From: Candidatus Moraniibacteriota bacterium
Lineage (GTDB): Bacteria; Patescibacteriota; Minisyncoccia; Moranbacterales; UBA1568
Assembly: GCA_049290235.1 (NCBI GenBank)
Contig: JBATNG010000034.1
Span: 3,686-67,685, forward strand
Direction of reading: 5' to 3'
DNA length: 64,000 nt
Shown here one piece after another: positions 8,982 through 19,368 of the stretch. The notes under the pieces are model-generated. The model was given only the letters and a program-made list of their open reading frames with translations, was not told the origin of the DNA and did not search any database. The position numbers were made by a program, and so were the translations under genes. The first letter of the stretch is position 1. Each line of letters opens with the position of its first letter.

Positions 8982-11042
8982 ATGGCCAAACCGAAAGCAG
9001 CTGACAATTATAACGCCAAGTCCATCCAGGTCCTGGAGGGGCTCGATCCAGTCCGGAAGCGTCCGGGCATGTATATCGGTGGGACCTCGCCCGAGGGCTT
9101 GCATCACCTGATCTGGGAAGTGGTGAACAACTCTATCGACGAAGCGATGGCCGGGTACTGTGATGAGATTATCGTGCGGCTCCTGCCGGACAACTGGGTT
9201 GAAGTCATCGATAATGGCCGCGGTATCCCGGTAGAGATCCATCCTCAGACAAAAAAATCAACACTTGAAACGGTACTCACGGTGCTGCATGCCGGCGGCA
9301 AGTTCGGCGGTGAGGGCGGTTACAAGATCTCCGGCGGTCTCCACGGCGTCGGCGTATCGGTTGTTAATGCTCTGTCTCTCCATACGCGTGTGACGGTAAA
9401 GTTGCAGGGGAAGATCTGGGTACAGGAATTCAAGCAGGGCAAGCCGAAGGCGAGCGTGAAGTCGATCGGCAAATCCGACCAGACCGGGACGACAGTCGCG
9501 TTTCAGGCCGACCCCGCGATTTTCCCCGAGATCGCCTACAGCTGGTCGAAGATCCTCGAATATCTCCGCTATCAGGCTTTCCTCACCAAGGGGGTGAAGA
9601 TTCATTGCGAGGACCGACGCAAGGTCCTGACCGAAACAGACGAACACTTGGCGGTCCGACATGGCTTCTATTTCGATTCCGGTATCATTTCATTCGTGAA
9701 ATTTCTGAACCGCGGCAAGGACGTGAAAAACGACATGCCGTTCTACGTAGAAAATACCATCGATGATATCTATGTCGAGGCGTCGCTTCAATACACGGAC
9801 AGTTTCAAGGAGCATATGTTCTGTTTTGCTAACAATATCGTGAATCCCGGCGGTGGGACGCATGTGACCGGTTTCAAGATGGCCCTGACTCGGGTCATGA
9901 ATGACTACGCGAAGAAAAATAATCTCATCAAAGAGAAAGAAGGCGCCTTTTCCGCGGAAGACCTCCGTGAAGGGCTGACGGCGGTCGTCTCGGTCAAGCT
10001 CGCGAACCCGCAGTTCGAAGGTCAGACCAAGGACAAGCTAAACAATTCCGAAGTTCGCGGGGCAGTGCAGTCTGTTGTCACCGAAGCCTTCGCTGATTAC
10101 CTCGAGACACATCCGAACAGCGCTCGCGCGATCGTCGATAAGTGCGTCCTGACGGTTCGGGCCCGGATCGCGGCACGCGCCGCCAAAGACGCTGTCATCC
10201 GTAAAGGCGCCCTGGAGGGGATGACGCTCCCCGGCAAGCTCGCTGACTGCTCGAGCCGGGATGCGAGCCGTTCCGAGGTGTACATCGTCGAGGGCGATTC
10301 GGCCGGCGGTAGTGCCAAACAGGGCCGGAACCGCGAATTCCAAGCCATCCTGCCACTCCGAGGCAAGCTCGTGAACGTCGAGAAGACAACCATCGACAAG
10401 GTCGTGAAGTCCGATACGCTGAAGCCGATCATCATCGCGCTCGGGGTCGGGATCGGTGAGACACTCGATATCTCGCGCCTCCGTTACCACAAGGTGATCA
10501 TCATGGCGGACGCCGACGTCGACGGGTCACATATCCGGACGTTGCTCCTGACTTTTTTCTACCGCTACTACGAAGAACTCGTCCGAGGCGGTTACATCTA
10601 CATCGCGCAGCCGCCACTCTATCGTCTGCAAAAAGGGAAAGACATCCGTTACTCGTATACCGAGGAGGAGAAAGACCGAGTCGTCGAAGAGATGAAGGCG
10701 ATCGCGGAAGCCAACAAGACTGCTAAAGCCGCAAAAAAGAAGGCCACCGAAGCAAAAGAAGAAGCCGTCGCCGAGGTCCCCGAGAACGCTGAGGCCAACA
10801 GCGAAGGCGGGGAAAACGTCTTCGGCATCAATATCCAGCGGTACAAAGGTCTCGGAGAAATGAACCCGGAACAGTTGTGGGAAACCACGATGGACCCGGA
10901 TCGTCGGCTCATGCTGCAGGTCACGATCGATGATGCCGAGGAGGCCGACCGACTTTTCGATATCCTCATGGGCAATGAAGTCGAACCGCGTCGTCGTTTC
11001 ATCCAGACGCATGCGAAGAACGTAAAGAACCTGGATGTGTAA
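8982..11042 (+). CDS. gyrB: DNA gyrase subunit B
   Basis: 'PGMYIGGTSPEGLHHLIWEVVNNSIDEAMAGYCD', 'GGKFGGEGGYKISGGLHGVGVSVVNALS', TOPRIM 'EVYIVEGDSAGGSAKQGRNREFQAILPLRGK', and a Lys/Ala/Glu-rich insert near the C-terminus. Confidence 0.9.
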   Translation: MAKPKAADNYNAKSIQVLEGLDPVRKRPGMYIGGTSPEGLHHLIWEVVNNSIDEAMAGYCDEIIVRLLPDNWVEVIDNGRGIPVEIHPQTKKSTLETVLTVLHAGGKFGGEGGYKISGGLHGVGVSVVNALSLHTRVTVKLQGKIWVQEFKQGKPKASVKSIGKSDQTGTTVAFQADPAIFPEIAYSWSKILEYLRYQAFLTKGVKIHCEDRRKVLTETDEHLAVRHGFYFDSGIISFVKFLNRGKDVKNDMPFYVENTIDDIYVEASLQYTDSFKEHMFCFANNIVNPGGGTHVTGFKMALTRVMNDYAKKNNLIKEKEGAFSAEDLREGLTAVVSVKLANPQFEGQTKDKLNNSEVRGAVQSVVTEAFADYLETHPNSARAIVDKCVLTVRARIAARAAKDAVIRKGALEGMTLPGKLADCSSRDASRSEVYIVEGDSAGGSAKQGRNREFQAILPLRGKLVNVEKTTIDKVVKSDTLKPIIIALGVGIGETLDISRLRYHKVIIMADADVDGSHIRTLLLTFFYRYYEELVRGGYIYIAQPPLYRLQKGKDIRYSYTEEEKDRVVEEMKAIAEANKTAKAAKKKATEAKEEAVAEVPENAEANSEGGENVFGINIQRYKGLGEMNPEQLWETTMDPDRRLMLQVTIDDAEEADRLFDILMGNEVEPRRRFIQTHAKNVKNLDV

Positions 11043-11054
11043 AGCGCTTCGATT

Positions 11055-11300
11055 ATGAAAGGCCATGTCGTACCACTACCCGCAGGTGCCCCGAAAGAGG
11101 GCGAGGTTTACCAGCACTACAAAGGTGATACGTATCGTGTGAAGTCTCTCGCCTTGCATTCCAATGACGAAGAATGGATGGTGGTCTATGTACCGCTGTA
11201 TGAGTATCCGGCAGCACCGCTTTTTACCCGGCCGCTCCGTGAGTGGCGCGAAGCGGTGGAGTGGGAGGGGAAGACGGTCGAACGGTTTACAAAAATGTGA
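11055..11300 (+). CDS. DUF1653-like small protein
   Basis: 'GEVYQHYKGDTYRVKSLALHSNDEEWMVVY' resembles DUF1653. Confidence 0.5.
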   Translation: MKGHVVPLPAGAPKEGEVYQHYKGDTYRVKSLALHSNDEEWMVVYVPLYEYPAAPLFTRPLREWREAVEWEGKTVERFTKM

Positions 11301-11424
11301 GCAGGATTAAGAGAGTCAACAAAACCCTCTTTCTTCTTGACGAGAAATATCCAAAGCTGTAGAGTGTGAAGTCCTTGGAATCAAGGGCAAGTTCTTCAAC
11401 CAACCGAAAGAAGAGAGGTGGAAA

Positions 11425-11961
11425 ATGACTGACCCAGTATATATTCAGGGGGCAACAGTTTCTGGTGTCATCGCTGCCGTCGACCGTGTGCTGACCGTGG
11501 CGAAAGAACTCCTCGACCAGCGAGGTCGGCCGGATTGCACCGGCGGCTACTTTACCTGGACATTTGATGATGGCGCGCCGATCATCGCGGGTCTCTTGTG
11601 GGGGTTTATGCCGCTTGATAAAGCGCTTAAGCGTCAAGAGTTTGCGCTCGAGAAGGCAACTCGGCTTGCACTGCATCACATGCACCTGACCAGCTACCGG
11701 AGCCGTAATCCCAAGGCCACGGTCGTGATCGATGGCGAAGAGGTGCTGCGTCCGCGTTGGGGTGGTGCGATCCGAGCGGGTAAATACCTGCTGTCATTCT
11801 CTGGCTTCCCCGAGAAGTGGGACGAGGCAGCGATGTTCGCCCTGGCCATCAAGCTCGGCTGGATCAATCAGGAAACCGTGTTTCGGCGCATCAGTGCCAA
11901 GCGCAATCCGCACCTGCGGCCGCTCCTCGAAGCGTGCATCTGGGTCGAATACAAAGACTGA
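11425..11961 (+). CDS. Hypothetical protein
   Basis: Clean ORF with RBS-like aagagaggtgg upstream; no recognisable family. Confidence 0.35.
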   Translation: MTDPVYIQGATVSGVIAAVDRVLTVAKELLDQRGRPDCTGGYFTWTFDDGAPIIAGLLWGFMPLDKALKRQEFALEKATRLALHHMHLTSYRSRNPKATVVIDGEEVLRPRWGGAIRAGKYLLSFSGFPEKWDEAAMFALAIKLGWINQETVFRRISAKRNPHLRPLLEACIWVEYKD

Positions 11962-12112
11962 ACCCCGTCGCGTGGTCATAGAAACTTTTCGAGAGCCTGA
12001 CCAGCTCTCTTTCTTTTTGTCTGGAAGCAGTGTTGACCGGATCTTTTCCTTCTGGTACACTACTTTTGCTCGGAAATTGCTGTTGCAAAGCCTTTTTTGC
12101 TAGAATAACGGC

Positions 12113-12436
12113 ATGAAACCAAACCTCGAAAACCTGAAAGCGCTCGTTCACTGCCCGGTCTGCAGCAAAGAGTACCGGCCAGCCAAGATGCTCCTCCTCG
12201 ACCAGGAAGACAAGCGCTCGACGCTCCATCTCACCTGTGAGGCTTGTGGTGCCTCGACCTTGGTCTATGTCTCGATGTCGCCAGTCGGGGTCATCTCCAT
12301 GGGAGTGCTGACGGACCTGGAGCAGAGCGAGGCCAAACGGCTCTTCAAAGGTGAAGCGATCTCGAGTGATGAAGTGCTGACGGTCCACCAGTTCCTGAAG
12401 GAACATCATGGCGGTGTCGACGAACTCATCCGTTAG
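12113..12436 (+). CDS. Hypothetical zinc-ribbon protein
   Basis: CPVC...CEAC cysteine pairs. Confidence 0.35.
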   Translation: MKPNLENLKALVHCPVCSKEYRPAKMLLLDQEDKRSTLHLTCEACGASTLVYVSMSPVGVISMGVLTDLEQSEAKRLFKGEAISSDEVLTVHQFLKEHHGGVDELIR

Positions 12437-12477
12437 ACAAGCCAGAGCAATTTTTTTAAACTCTACTGACAAGCCGT

Positions 12478-13173
12478 ATGGACATCTTGAAACTGAATGT
12501 GCTCGAACGAAAGGAAACAGGCAAGGCGCTCGCCAAGCTCCGTGAAGATGGCTTCATCCCCGCGGTCCGCTATGGCCACGGCCAGCCCTCGATGAACATC
12601 GCCGTCCGCTTGATCGATTTCACCAAGCTGTACAAGGCGGCTGGTGAGAGTACGCTCGTCGAACTCTCTACTGATGGGCAGAAGTCAGTGAATACACTCA
12701 TCCATGACGTCCAGGTGGATCCGTTGACGGGTCGTTTCACGCATATCGATTTCTACCAGGTGAACATGAATGAGGAAATCGAGACCGATGTCGCGCTCGA
12801 ATTCACCGGTGAGTCTCCAGCGGTGAAGGCACTCGGTGGTGTGCTCATCCGCAACCTCGACGAGGTGAAGGTGAAGTGTCTCCCGAAAAATTTGCCCCAC
12901 TCATTTGTTATCGATCTTGCCCAGCTCGTGGACTTTGACAGTCAGGTGAAAGTCTCCGATATCGTCCTGCCCGCGGGCGTGGAGATGCTCGACACTCTCG
13001 ATGCGATTGTCGCGACGGTCATGCGGCCACGCACCGATGCTGAGATGTCGTCCCTCGAAGAAAAAGTCGAGATGGATGTGACCAAGGTGGAGGGTGTCGT
13101 GAAGGAAACACCTGAAGGCGCCGCTCCAGCCGAAGGTGGTAAGCCAGATGCCAAGAAAGAGGAAAAGAAATAA
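12478..13173 (+). CDS. rplY: 50S ribosomal protein L25 / general stress protein Ctc
   Basis: 'LERKETGKALAKLREDGFIPAVRYGHGQPSMNIAV...HIDFYQV' with an acidic/lysine C-terminal tail. Confidence 0.85.
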   Translation: MDILKLNVLERKETGKALAKLREDGFIPAVRYGHGQPSMNIAVRLIDFTKLYKAAGESTLVELSTDGQKSVNTLIHDVQVDPLTGRFTHIDFYQVNMNEEIETDVALEFTGESPAVKALGGVLIRNLDEVKVKCLPKNLPHSFVIDLAQLVDFDSQVKVSDIVLPAGVEMLDTLDAIVATVMRPRTDAEMSSLEEKVEMDVTKVEGVVKETPEGAAPAEGGKPDAKKEEKK

Positions 13174-13292
13174 CCTCTCCCTTCTCAATCTAGCAAAGAA
13201 GAGGCCCGCTCGGGGCTCTTTCTTTATTCATTGACAAACCGCTTGAGAAATGTAACTATCAGGCGGCCCATTTCACTCAGAGGAGGAAAGTC

Positions 13293-13682
13293 ATGGGAAT
13301 AATCGGTAGGACCCTTGTCAAGGGGGTAGTCGCGCTGTCAACGGGCATCTGCATCGTGATGGTTTCGGTCATGGTTGGCTACGTGGTCTATGACCACAAC
13401 ATGGCGGCCGGGGAAGTGAGCCAGTGGGCGGAACTCCAGGCTTTGTCCATGGGGACAGCCGCCTATCTCGGCATCATCTGGGGGATCCTGTGGGTCAGCG
13501 AGGAGACGAAGTCCATACTACACCTGGTACTGACCTTCATTTTTCTACCACTGGTCATCATCGTTGTCACCGCGTTCTTCGCAGTGCCGATCGGCCTCAG
13601 TCTCTTCATCCTTGCCATTATCGCGGCACTCGCGGTCTACAAAGTAGTATTCCACGAGGCAGTACAGCAACGGACAGCCTGA
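13293..13682 (+). CDS. Small membrane protein (3-4 TM), hypothetical
   Basis: Hydrophobic helices, followed by a hairpin/T-run terminator at about 13722-13745. Confidence 0.4.
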   Translation: MGIIGRTLVKGVVALSTGICIVMVSVMVGYVVYDHNMAAGEVSQWAELQALSMGTAAYLGIIWGILWVSEETKSILHLVLTFIFLPLVIIVVTAFFAVPIGLSLFILAIIAALAVYKVVFHEAVQQRTA

Positions 13683-13986
13683 AAAATTTGCGCCACGCGC
13701 ATTAGCCGACAGCTCCCCACTGTCGGCCTTCTTCTTTGCTTGGATTGACAGGACGACTCGCTCGCGCTAGGGTGGGGGGAAAATAAAACGGTCTCTATGA
13801 GAAGTGGCTTGGAGTATAGGCTTCCGCCGAGAGCGTTCGGGTGATACCCTCCTATCGCCCGTCCCTTGCGAAGTCAGGCCTGTGCAAACAGACTTTTCTT
13901 CGGCTGTCGGCGGAATCCTGTTCTTCAAAGACACTATTAAACCGGCCATCGGCCGGCTTTTTTTGTCCACTCTTATTTCTATCGAA

Positions 13987-14580
13987 TCAAGTCGCGAGGC
14001 GGGATCGGAGCACTTTCTCCATCTCGGTGAACAGCGCCTCGAGTTTTGTATATTCTTCGTCCGAGAGATGTCCGAGCACATAGTCGTGGCTCGGGATGCC
14101 CGCTCGCACCGATACGCCTGGCTCTCGGAGCGTTTCGGGCGGGCAGATTCTGACGACCTCAGCCGGTCGACCGATACCGAGTCGGAGGCGGCAGAAATCT
14201 TGGGTGCCGAGCACATCGATGATATCTTGGACGCCATTGTGTCCGGCGGAGCGGGAGGACTCGGTCGTCCGCAACACGCCGGGCGCGAGATCGAGGTCGT
14301 CGTGGATGACGATGAGTGAGTGCGGATCAAGCTTGTAATATTCGAGAATGGCGCGGACCGCTCGACCAGATTCATTCATGAAGGTGGTGGGCTTGGCGAG
14401 GATGACTTTCTCTCCGTCGAACAGACCGGAAGAAATCTCGGCCGAAAACTTTGCCTCTGGCCGAAAGGGTGGCATGTCGAAACTTCGCCGGAGTGAGTCG
14501 AGGGCGAGGAAACCGATATTGTGCCGAGTCCGGTCGTATTTCGGACCGGGATTACCGAGGCCGATGATGAGAGTGGTCAT
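13987..14580 (-). CDS. pth: Peptidyl-tRNA hydrolase
   Basis: 'LIIGLGNPGPKYDRTRHNIGF...GHNGVQDI'. Confidence 0.9.
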   Translation of the reverse strand: MTTLIIGLGNPGPKYDRTRHNIGFLALDSLRRSFDMPPFRPEAKFSAEISSGLFDGEKVILAKPTTFMNESGRAVRAILEYYKLDPHSLIVIHDDLDLAPGVLRTTESSRSAGHNGVQDIIDVLGTQDFCRLRLGIGRPAEVVRICPPETLREPGVSVRAGIPSHDYVLGHLSDEEYTKLEALFTEMEKVLRSRLAT

Positions 14581-14591
14581 AGTCTGAGCAT

Positions 14592-16136
14592 CTAGTGAGC
14601 GAGCGGGTTTTTCTGCGGCGCGAGCGGTTCCTGGAAGTCCAGGTCACTGATGGACGTATCAGTCCGGTCGAGCGTGGGCAGGGTGAGTGTGTCCGTTCTG
14701 AGATAGAGGAGTACGAGATCCGTGTCCTCCGAAGCAGTCTGATCACCTGGGGGCAGCGTCCCGGGAGTGAATCCGTAGCGAGCGATGAGGCCGTCGAGCG
14801 TGTACGGTGTCCTGAGACCGCTGACATCCTGTATCATAGCTGTTCCCTCGCGCGTATCCAAACGATTGTCGCTTTGAAGTTTGACCGATCGTGCGGGGAA
14901 GGTGTCGCGGATGTCGGCGGCGAGCGCCTCGGCGCCAGAGCGGTAGCGCGGAGTCGTGAGGATGAGGATCCGGGCCGCTTCTCCCTCTATCGCTGTGCGT
15001 CGTCGTTCCCGCTCTCGTTCATCGAAGAGGTGGCGGCTCACGTCACGAATTTCGTCCCAGGTACCGCTCCGCGGGACGAGGATGAAAGCGCGGACACCAT
15101 CGGCCTCGATGTGCGAAACGCGTAAGAGACTTTCTTTCTTCCAGGCATCGACGACGACGGTGGAGATGTTTTGCGTATCGAAGTGCTGAGCGAGTCCGAT
15201 GAAACGTCCGATCGCTTCGGGCGGGACATCGGTGGTGATGCTGTCGCCCAAGCTTTCGAGGAAGCTGGAGAGCGTGAATGGGTTGAGGAATGTCGGAAGA
15301 GACCAGGCACGTTCGCGGACTGCCTGGATAATCGCCTGTTGCCGTTTTGTCCGGCCGAAGTCGCCTTCGGGATCATCATGACGCTCACGTGCATACTTCA
15401 GAGCGGTTTTTCCATCGAGTTTTTGCCACCCTTTCTTCAACTCGAAAGTTTCATAGCTGTAGTTTTTCCCGGGGTAGCGCGAGTCGGAAATGTCACGCGT
15501 TACGTCGACTCGGATGCCGCCGAGCGCGTCAATCATCCGTTCGAAGCCGTCGAAGTCGATCATCGCAGTGTAGTGGATCGGCAGACCCGTCATCTCGGCG
15601 ACGCTCCCGCGGAGGACGTCCATCCCGATGCCTTCGTTCAGCCCGATCTGATAGAGAGAATTCAGTTTCGTGGAGAGTCCGGTACCCGGAATCGGCGCGA
15701 ACAAGTCACGGGGAAGCGAGAGGAGGCCAACCCGTTTCTCTTTCATATCGAGCGAGAGGAGCATGACAGTATCCGTCAGGTTGCGGCCGGGGTATTTCTC
15801 ACCGGCCCGGCCGAGGAGGAGGATGTTCACTCGCCCCTCTGATTCGCCCGCCAGGGTCTGGCCGGTACCGAGGAGCGAATCGCCCATGATGCGGATGCCC
15901 TGAAAGAAGGAAAGTTCGCGATTTTCGAAGTGGAGCGATCGCGTGAAACGAGTGCCGATAACGAGCGAGATGCCCGCGAGGAGGAGACAAACGGCGATCA
16001 CCAAGCCCGTCAGCCGGAGAAAGCGTCGTCGGCTCGAAACACGAGGCCGGACTGGGGCAGCAAGCACCGTCTTGCCGAGAGAAAAATTCTCAGGGTGGTG
16101 AGCGGCCGGGTCAGTGTTTCGGTGATAGTGATTCAT
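14592..16136 (-). CDS. LytR-CpsA-Psr (LCP) family cell-envelope phosphotransferase
   Basis: N-terminal TM anchor then 'GRVNILLLGRAGEKYPGRNLTDTVMLLSLDMKEKRVGLLSLPRDLF', the LCP core. Start moved to an internal ATG (MNHYH). Confidence 0.8.
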   Translation of the reverse strand: MNHYHRNTDPAAHHPENFSLGKTVLAAPVRPRVSSRRRFLRLTGLVIAVCLLLAGISLVIGTRFTRSLHFENRELSFFQGIRIMGDSLLGTGQTLAGESEGRVNILLLGRAGEKYPGRNLTDTVMLLSLDMKEKRVGLLSLPRDLFAPIPGTGLSTKLNSLYQIGLNEGIGMDVLRGSVAEMTGLPIHYTAMIDFDGFERMIDALGGIRVDVTRDISDSRYPGKNYSYETFELKKGWQKLDGKTALKYARERHDDPEGDFGRTKRQQAIIQAVRERAWSLPTFLNPFTLSSFLESLGDSITTDVPPEAIGRFIGLAQHFDTQNISTVVVDAWKKESLLRVSHIEADGVRAFILVPRSGTWDEIRDVSRHLFDERERERRRTAIEGEAARILILTTPRYRSGAEALAADIRDTFPARSVKLQSDNRLDTREGTAMIQDVSGLRTPYTLDGLIARYGFTPGTLPPGDQTASEDTDLVLLYLRTDTLTLPTLDRTDTSISDLDFQEPLAPQKNPLAH

Positions 16137-16306
16137 TGCTTTATGTAAGCCATCCCTCGCTCTTGAAATCAGGCGTAAATGGTGGTACAATGGGGTTGTT
16201 TTCTTGTCGTTTCGAGCGGTCTTTTTCCGTTTTGGTTACTCCATTTCACTTCCGGTGCGGCTGTTCCGACAGCTCCTGATCACATAGCTCCCGACACAGG
16301 TATCGT

Positions 16307-16939
16307 ATGGCAGAAAATACACCTATCACTATCACACCGACCCCGGAGCGTCCGGATGAGGAGTATCTCTCGACAGGAGCGCTGCTGCTTGAAATGGTGA
16401 AGATCCTCGTTCTGGCCGCGGTAGTCATTATACCGATTCGGGCTTTTTTGTTCCAACCGTTCTTTGTTCAGGGATCGTCGATGGAGCCGAATTTTGACGA
16501 TGGCGAATATCTCATTATCAGCGAATTCGGCTACAAACATACGCGGATACCAGGGGTGAATGTCGAGACGAATCCCTTTCGTGAGCTCACCCGTCAGGAA
16601 CCACTCGTGTTCCGCTTTCCGCGGGACCCGTCTCAGTTTTTCATCAAGCGCGTCATCGGACTGCCGGGAGAAACGGTTGAGATCAAGCGGGGGAAGGTGT
16701 ACATCTTCAACACGGTGCATCCAGACGGGTATGCTCTCGACGAATCCGCCTATCTCGATCCGGCTGTGAAAACTTCAGATCTGGGCCCGACCAAGGTGGC
16801 TGATGACGAATACTTTGTCATGGGTGACAATCGGGCGTTCAGTTATGATTCCCGGGTGTTCGGCCCGATAAAGAAGAACGCGGTTATCGGACGGGTGCTC
16901 CTCCGGGCTTGGCCGGTTTCTGATCTGACGCTCTATTGA
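16307..16939 (+). CDS. lepB: Signal peptidase I
   Basis: 'VQGSSMEPNF', 'FIKRVIGLPGETV', 'YFVMGDNRAFSYDSRVFGPI'. Confidence 0.85.
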   Translation: MAENTPITITPTPERPDEEYLSTGALLLEMVKILVLAAVVIIPIRAFLFQPFFVQGSSMEPNFDDGEYLIISEFGYKHTRIPGVNVETNPFRELTRQEPLVFRFPRDPSQFFIKRVIGLPGETVEIKRGKVYIFNTVHPDGYALDESAYLDPAVKTSDLGPTKVADDEYFVMGDNRAFSYDSRVFGPIKKNAVIGRVLLRAWPVSDLTLY

Positions 16940-16955
16940 TCCACACTGTTGTCCC

Positions 16956-18521
16956 GTGAATCTCATTTTTAATGCCGCGCATATGGCTAAAGCGATGAAG
17001 AAGAAAGAAACGAAGAAAGCGCCCGTGACGAAGAAGTCATTGGCCCAAGCTCGCCACACGGCCAGTGTCCGGAAAAGCGTCTCGCCGGTTGTTGTTTCCG
17101 AACCGGTAAAAAAGCCGGCGCCGACGAATCCGCAAGAAGAGATTCTCCTGCAGGCCCTGCGAGGGATGCGAGATATCTTGCCGGATGAGCAGCCGTATTG
17201 GGAGCGTGTGCGGCGCATTCTCTCGCATGCCCAGCTGGAATACGGCTATCGTCGCATCGATTTACCGATGGTCGAGTTCGCCCACCTGTATCTGCGCACC
17301 CTCGGCGAAGGGACGGATATCATCGACAAGGAAATGTATGTGTTCAATACGCGCGGTGGGGATCGGGTGGCGCTGCGTCCCGAGATGACGGCGGGTTTGT
17401 GTCGGGCGTATATCGAGCATGGGATGAGCGTCTTGCCGAAGCCGATAAAGCTGTTTTCAATGGGCTCGCTGTTCCGATACGATCGTCCGCAGGAGGGACG
17501 GTACCGCGAGCACACCCAGGCGAATTTCGATGTGTTCGGGGAAGAGGATCCGATTCTCGATGCCCAAGTTATCCAGCTCGCCTTCCGGGTGGTCCGGGAT
17601 CTCGGACTGAAGAACATCGAATTCCAAGTGAACTCGATCGGCACGCCCGAATCGCGCCGCGACTATGAGAAGGTCCTCGTTCGTTATCTGGAGAGCCAGA
17701 AGCATCGGCTCTGCCAGAACTGCAAAGAGCGGCTCGCGACGAATCCGATGCGCATCCTCGACTGCAAAGAAGAAAAGTGCATCCAGATCACGACACACGC
17801 TCCGCAATCGCTCGACTATCTCGATCAGGAATCCCGCGATCATTTCAAACGTCTCCTCGAATACCTCGATGAGCTCGAGCTCCCATACGTCATCAATACG
17901 CGTCTCGTCCGTGGTCTCGATTATTATACCCGGACCGTTTTCGAGATCCGTTCGACGGATAAGGAAGGACGGACCTATTCACTCGGCGGTGGCGGCCGCT
18001 ACGATCGTCTCGTTCAGGCACTCGGCGGCGAGACGACCCCGGCCATCGGCTTCGGTCTCGGTCTCGACCGGATCATCCTCGAGATGAAACGCACACAGGT
18101 GAAACCCTATGTCGAGCCGAAACCCCGTGTCTTCCTCGCTCAGCTCGGCGATATGGCGAAAAAGAAATCACTCCGGCTGTTCTCCGACCTCGAGAAAAAC
18201 GGTATCCTCATCGCTGAGTCATTCGGTCGCGGGACGCTGAAGTCGCAGCTTCGTGTCGCGCATCGGATCGGTGTTGAAGTGACGATTATCATCGGCCAGA
18301 AGGAAGCGCTCGATGGTACAGCGATCGTGAAGGATATGGTGTCCGGGACGCAGGAAACTGTCATGCAAGACAAACTGGTGGATGCGGCCAAGAAGATATT
18401 GAGGGCCAACACTGCTCTGATGGGACCGAACGGCATCCCTTTGCCGAAGCCGGATGAGGATGACGAGGAGGAAGAAGAGAAAGAGCGGCTTGAGAAAGAG
18501 AAGCGCAAGGCCAAGGAATAG
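16956..18521 (+). CDS. hisS: Histidine--tRNA ligase with Lys-rich N-terminal and acidic C-terminal extensions
   Basis: 'LRGMRDILPDE', 'YRRIDLPMVEF', the class-II motifs and an anticodon-binding domain. The real start may be an internal ATG (MAKAMKKK). Confidence 0.9.
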   Translation: MNLIFNAAHMAKAMKKKETKKAPVTKKSLAQARHTASVRKSVSPVVVSEPVKKPAPTNPQEEILLQALRGMRDILPDEQPYWERVRRILSHAQLEYGYRRIDLPMVEFAHLYLRTLGEGTDIIDKEMYVFNTRGGDRVALRPEMTAGLCRAYIEHGMSVLPKPIKLFSMGSLFRYDRPQEGRYREHTQANFDVFGEEDPILDAQVIQLAFRVVRDLGLKNIEFQVNSIGTPESRRDYEKVLVRYLESQKHRLCQNCKERLATNPMRILDCKEEKCIQITTHAPQSLDYLDQESRDHFKRLLEYLDELELPYVINTRLVRGLDYYTRTVFEIRSTDKEGRTYSLGGGGRYDRLVQALGGETTPAIGFGLGLDRIILEMKRTQVKPYVEPKPRVFLAQLGDMAKKKSLRLFSDLEKNGILIAESFGRGTLKSQLRVAHRIGVEVTIIIGQKEALDGTAIVKDMVSGTQETVMQDKLVDAAKKILRANTALMGPNGIPLPKPDEDDEEEEEKERLEKEKRKAKE

Positions 18522-18527
18522 TCCGCT

Positions 18528-18875
18528 ATGAAAACGGTTTTCGAGAAAATCCGCGACCGAGAGATTCCCAAGGAGTTCTTGTACGAGGACGATGAGATCA
18601 TGGCGTTCCATGACATTCATCCCATTGCTCCCGTGCATGTCCTCATCGTTCCCAAACGAGTGATCGTTTCGATCGCTGAGATGAGTGATGAGGATGTGCC
18701 GGTGGTGGGGCGGATGTTCCGAGTGGCGCGGGACCTGGCTCGAGACTTGAAGATTTCGGAAAAAGGGTATAAGCTATTGTTCCGGGTGGGCCAGGACGGC
18801 GGACAGGAAATCCCGCATCTCCACCTCCACCTCCTTGGCGGAGCCAGGCTCTCGGGAAATATTCACCCCGTGTAA
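18528..18875 (+). CDS. HIT-family (histidine triad) protein
   Basis: 'HVLIVPKRV' and the triad 'HLHLHLLGG'. Confidence 0.85.
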   Translation: MKTVFEKIRDREIPKEFLYEDDEIMAFHDIHPIAPVHVLIVPKRVIVSIAEMSDEDVPVVGRMFRVARDLARDLKISEKGYKLLFRVGQDGGQEIPHLHLHLLGGARLSGNIHPV

Positions 18876-18978
18876 ATAACTAACAACATATAACCAACAA
18901 CCCACAACAAAGAGCAGTATCAGCTTGAGTTGTTGTCGGTTGCAAGTTGTGGGTTGAACCCAGAGAAAGGAGGTCGCT

Positions 18979-19230
18979 ATGATTTACATCAAACGAAAAG
19001 AGAAGGAAACCGCGGAAAGTCTCATCCGGCGTTTTTCACGCCGCGTCCAGCAGTCCGGCGTCTTGAAACGCGTCCGCAAACTGCGCTTCCGCCAGGAAGA
19101 GCAGAGCCGTCCGAAGCGCCGCGACGAAGCCCTCTATAAAGTGAAGATTCGCAAAGAAATCGGCCGCTTGAAGAAGCTCGGCAAGTTCGATGAGGATGCC
19201 CTTCGCGACATCAAGAAGAAGATCCGTTAG
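18979..19230 (+). CDS. rpsU: 30S ribosomal protein S21
   Basis: 'IKRKEKETAESLIRRFSRRVQQSGVLKRVRKLRFRQEEQSRPKRR'. Strong aggaggt RBS. Confidence 0.8.
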   Translation: MIYIKRKEKETAESLIRRFSRRVQQSGVLKRVRKLRFRQEEQSRPKRRDEALYKVKIRKEIGRLKKLGKFDEDALRDIKKKIR

Positions 19231-19368
19231 GGCTTTTAGATTTGACGATCCGCTTTGTCGCTCCCTGCGCGCTTCGCTCGGCGTATGCCTCTGATACGTC
19301 TTGCTCCGTGCTCGGGAGCTTCGCGCGGCTCATCCAAATCTTTTGAGGCCCCCGTAACACACATACCT

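Noticed and set aside
10600-10860. Intein or large insertion in GyrB
   Set aside because: The extra segment is a Lys/Ala/Glu low-complexity linker without intein splice-junction motifs or a homing-endonuclease block.
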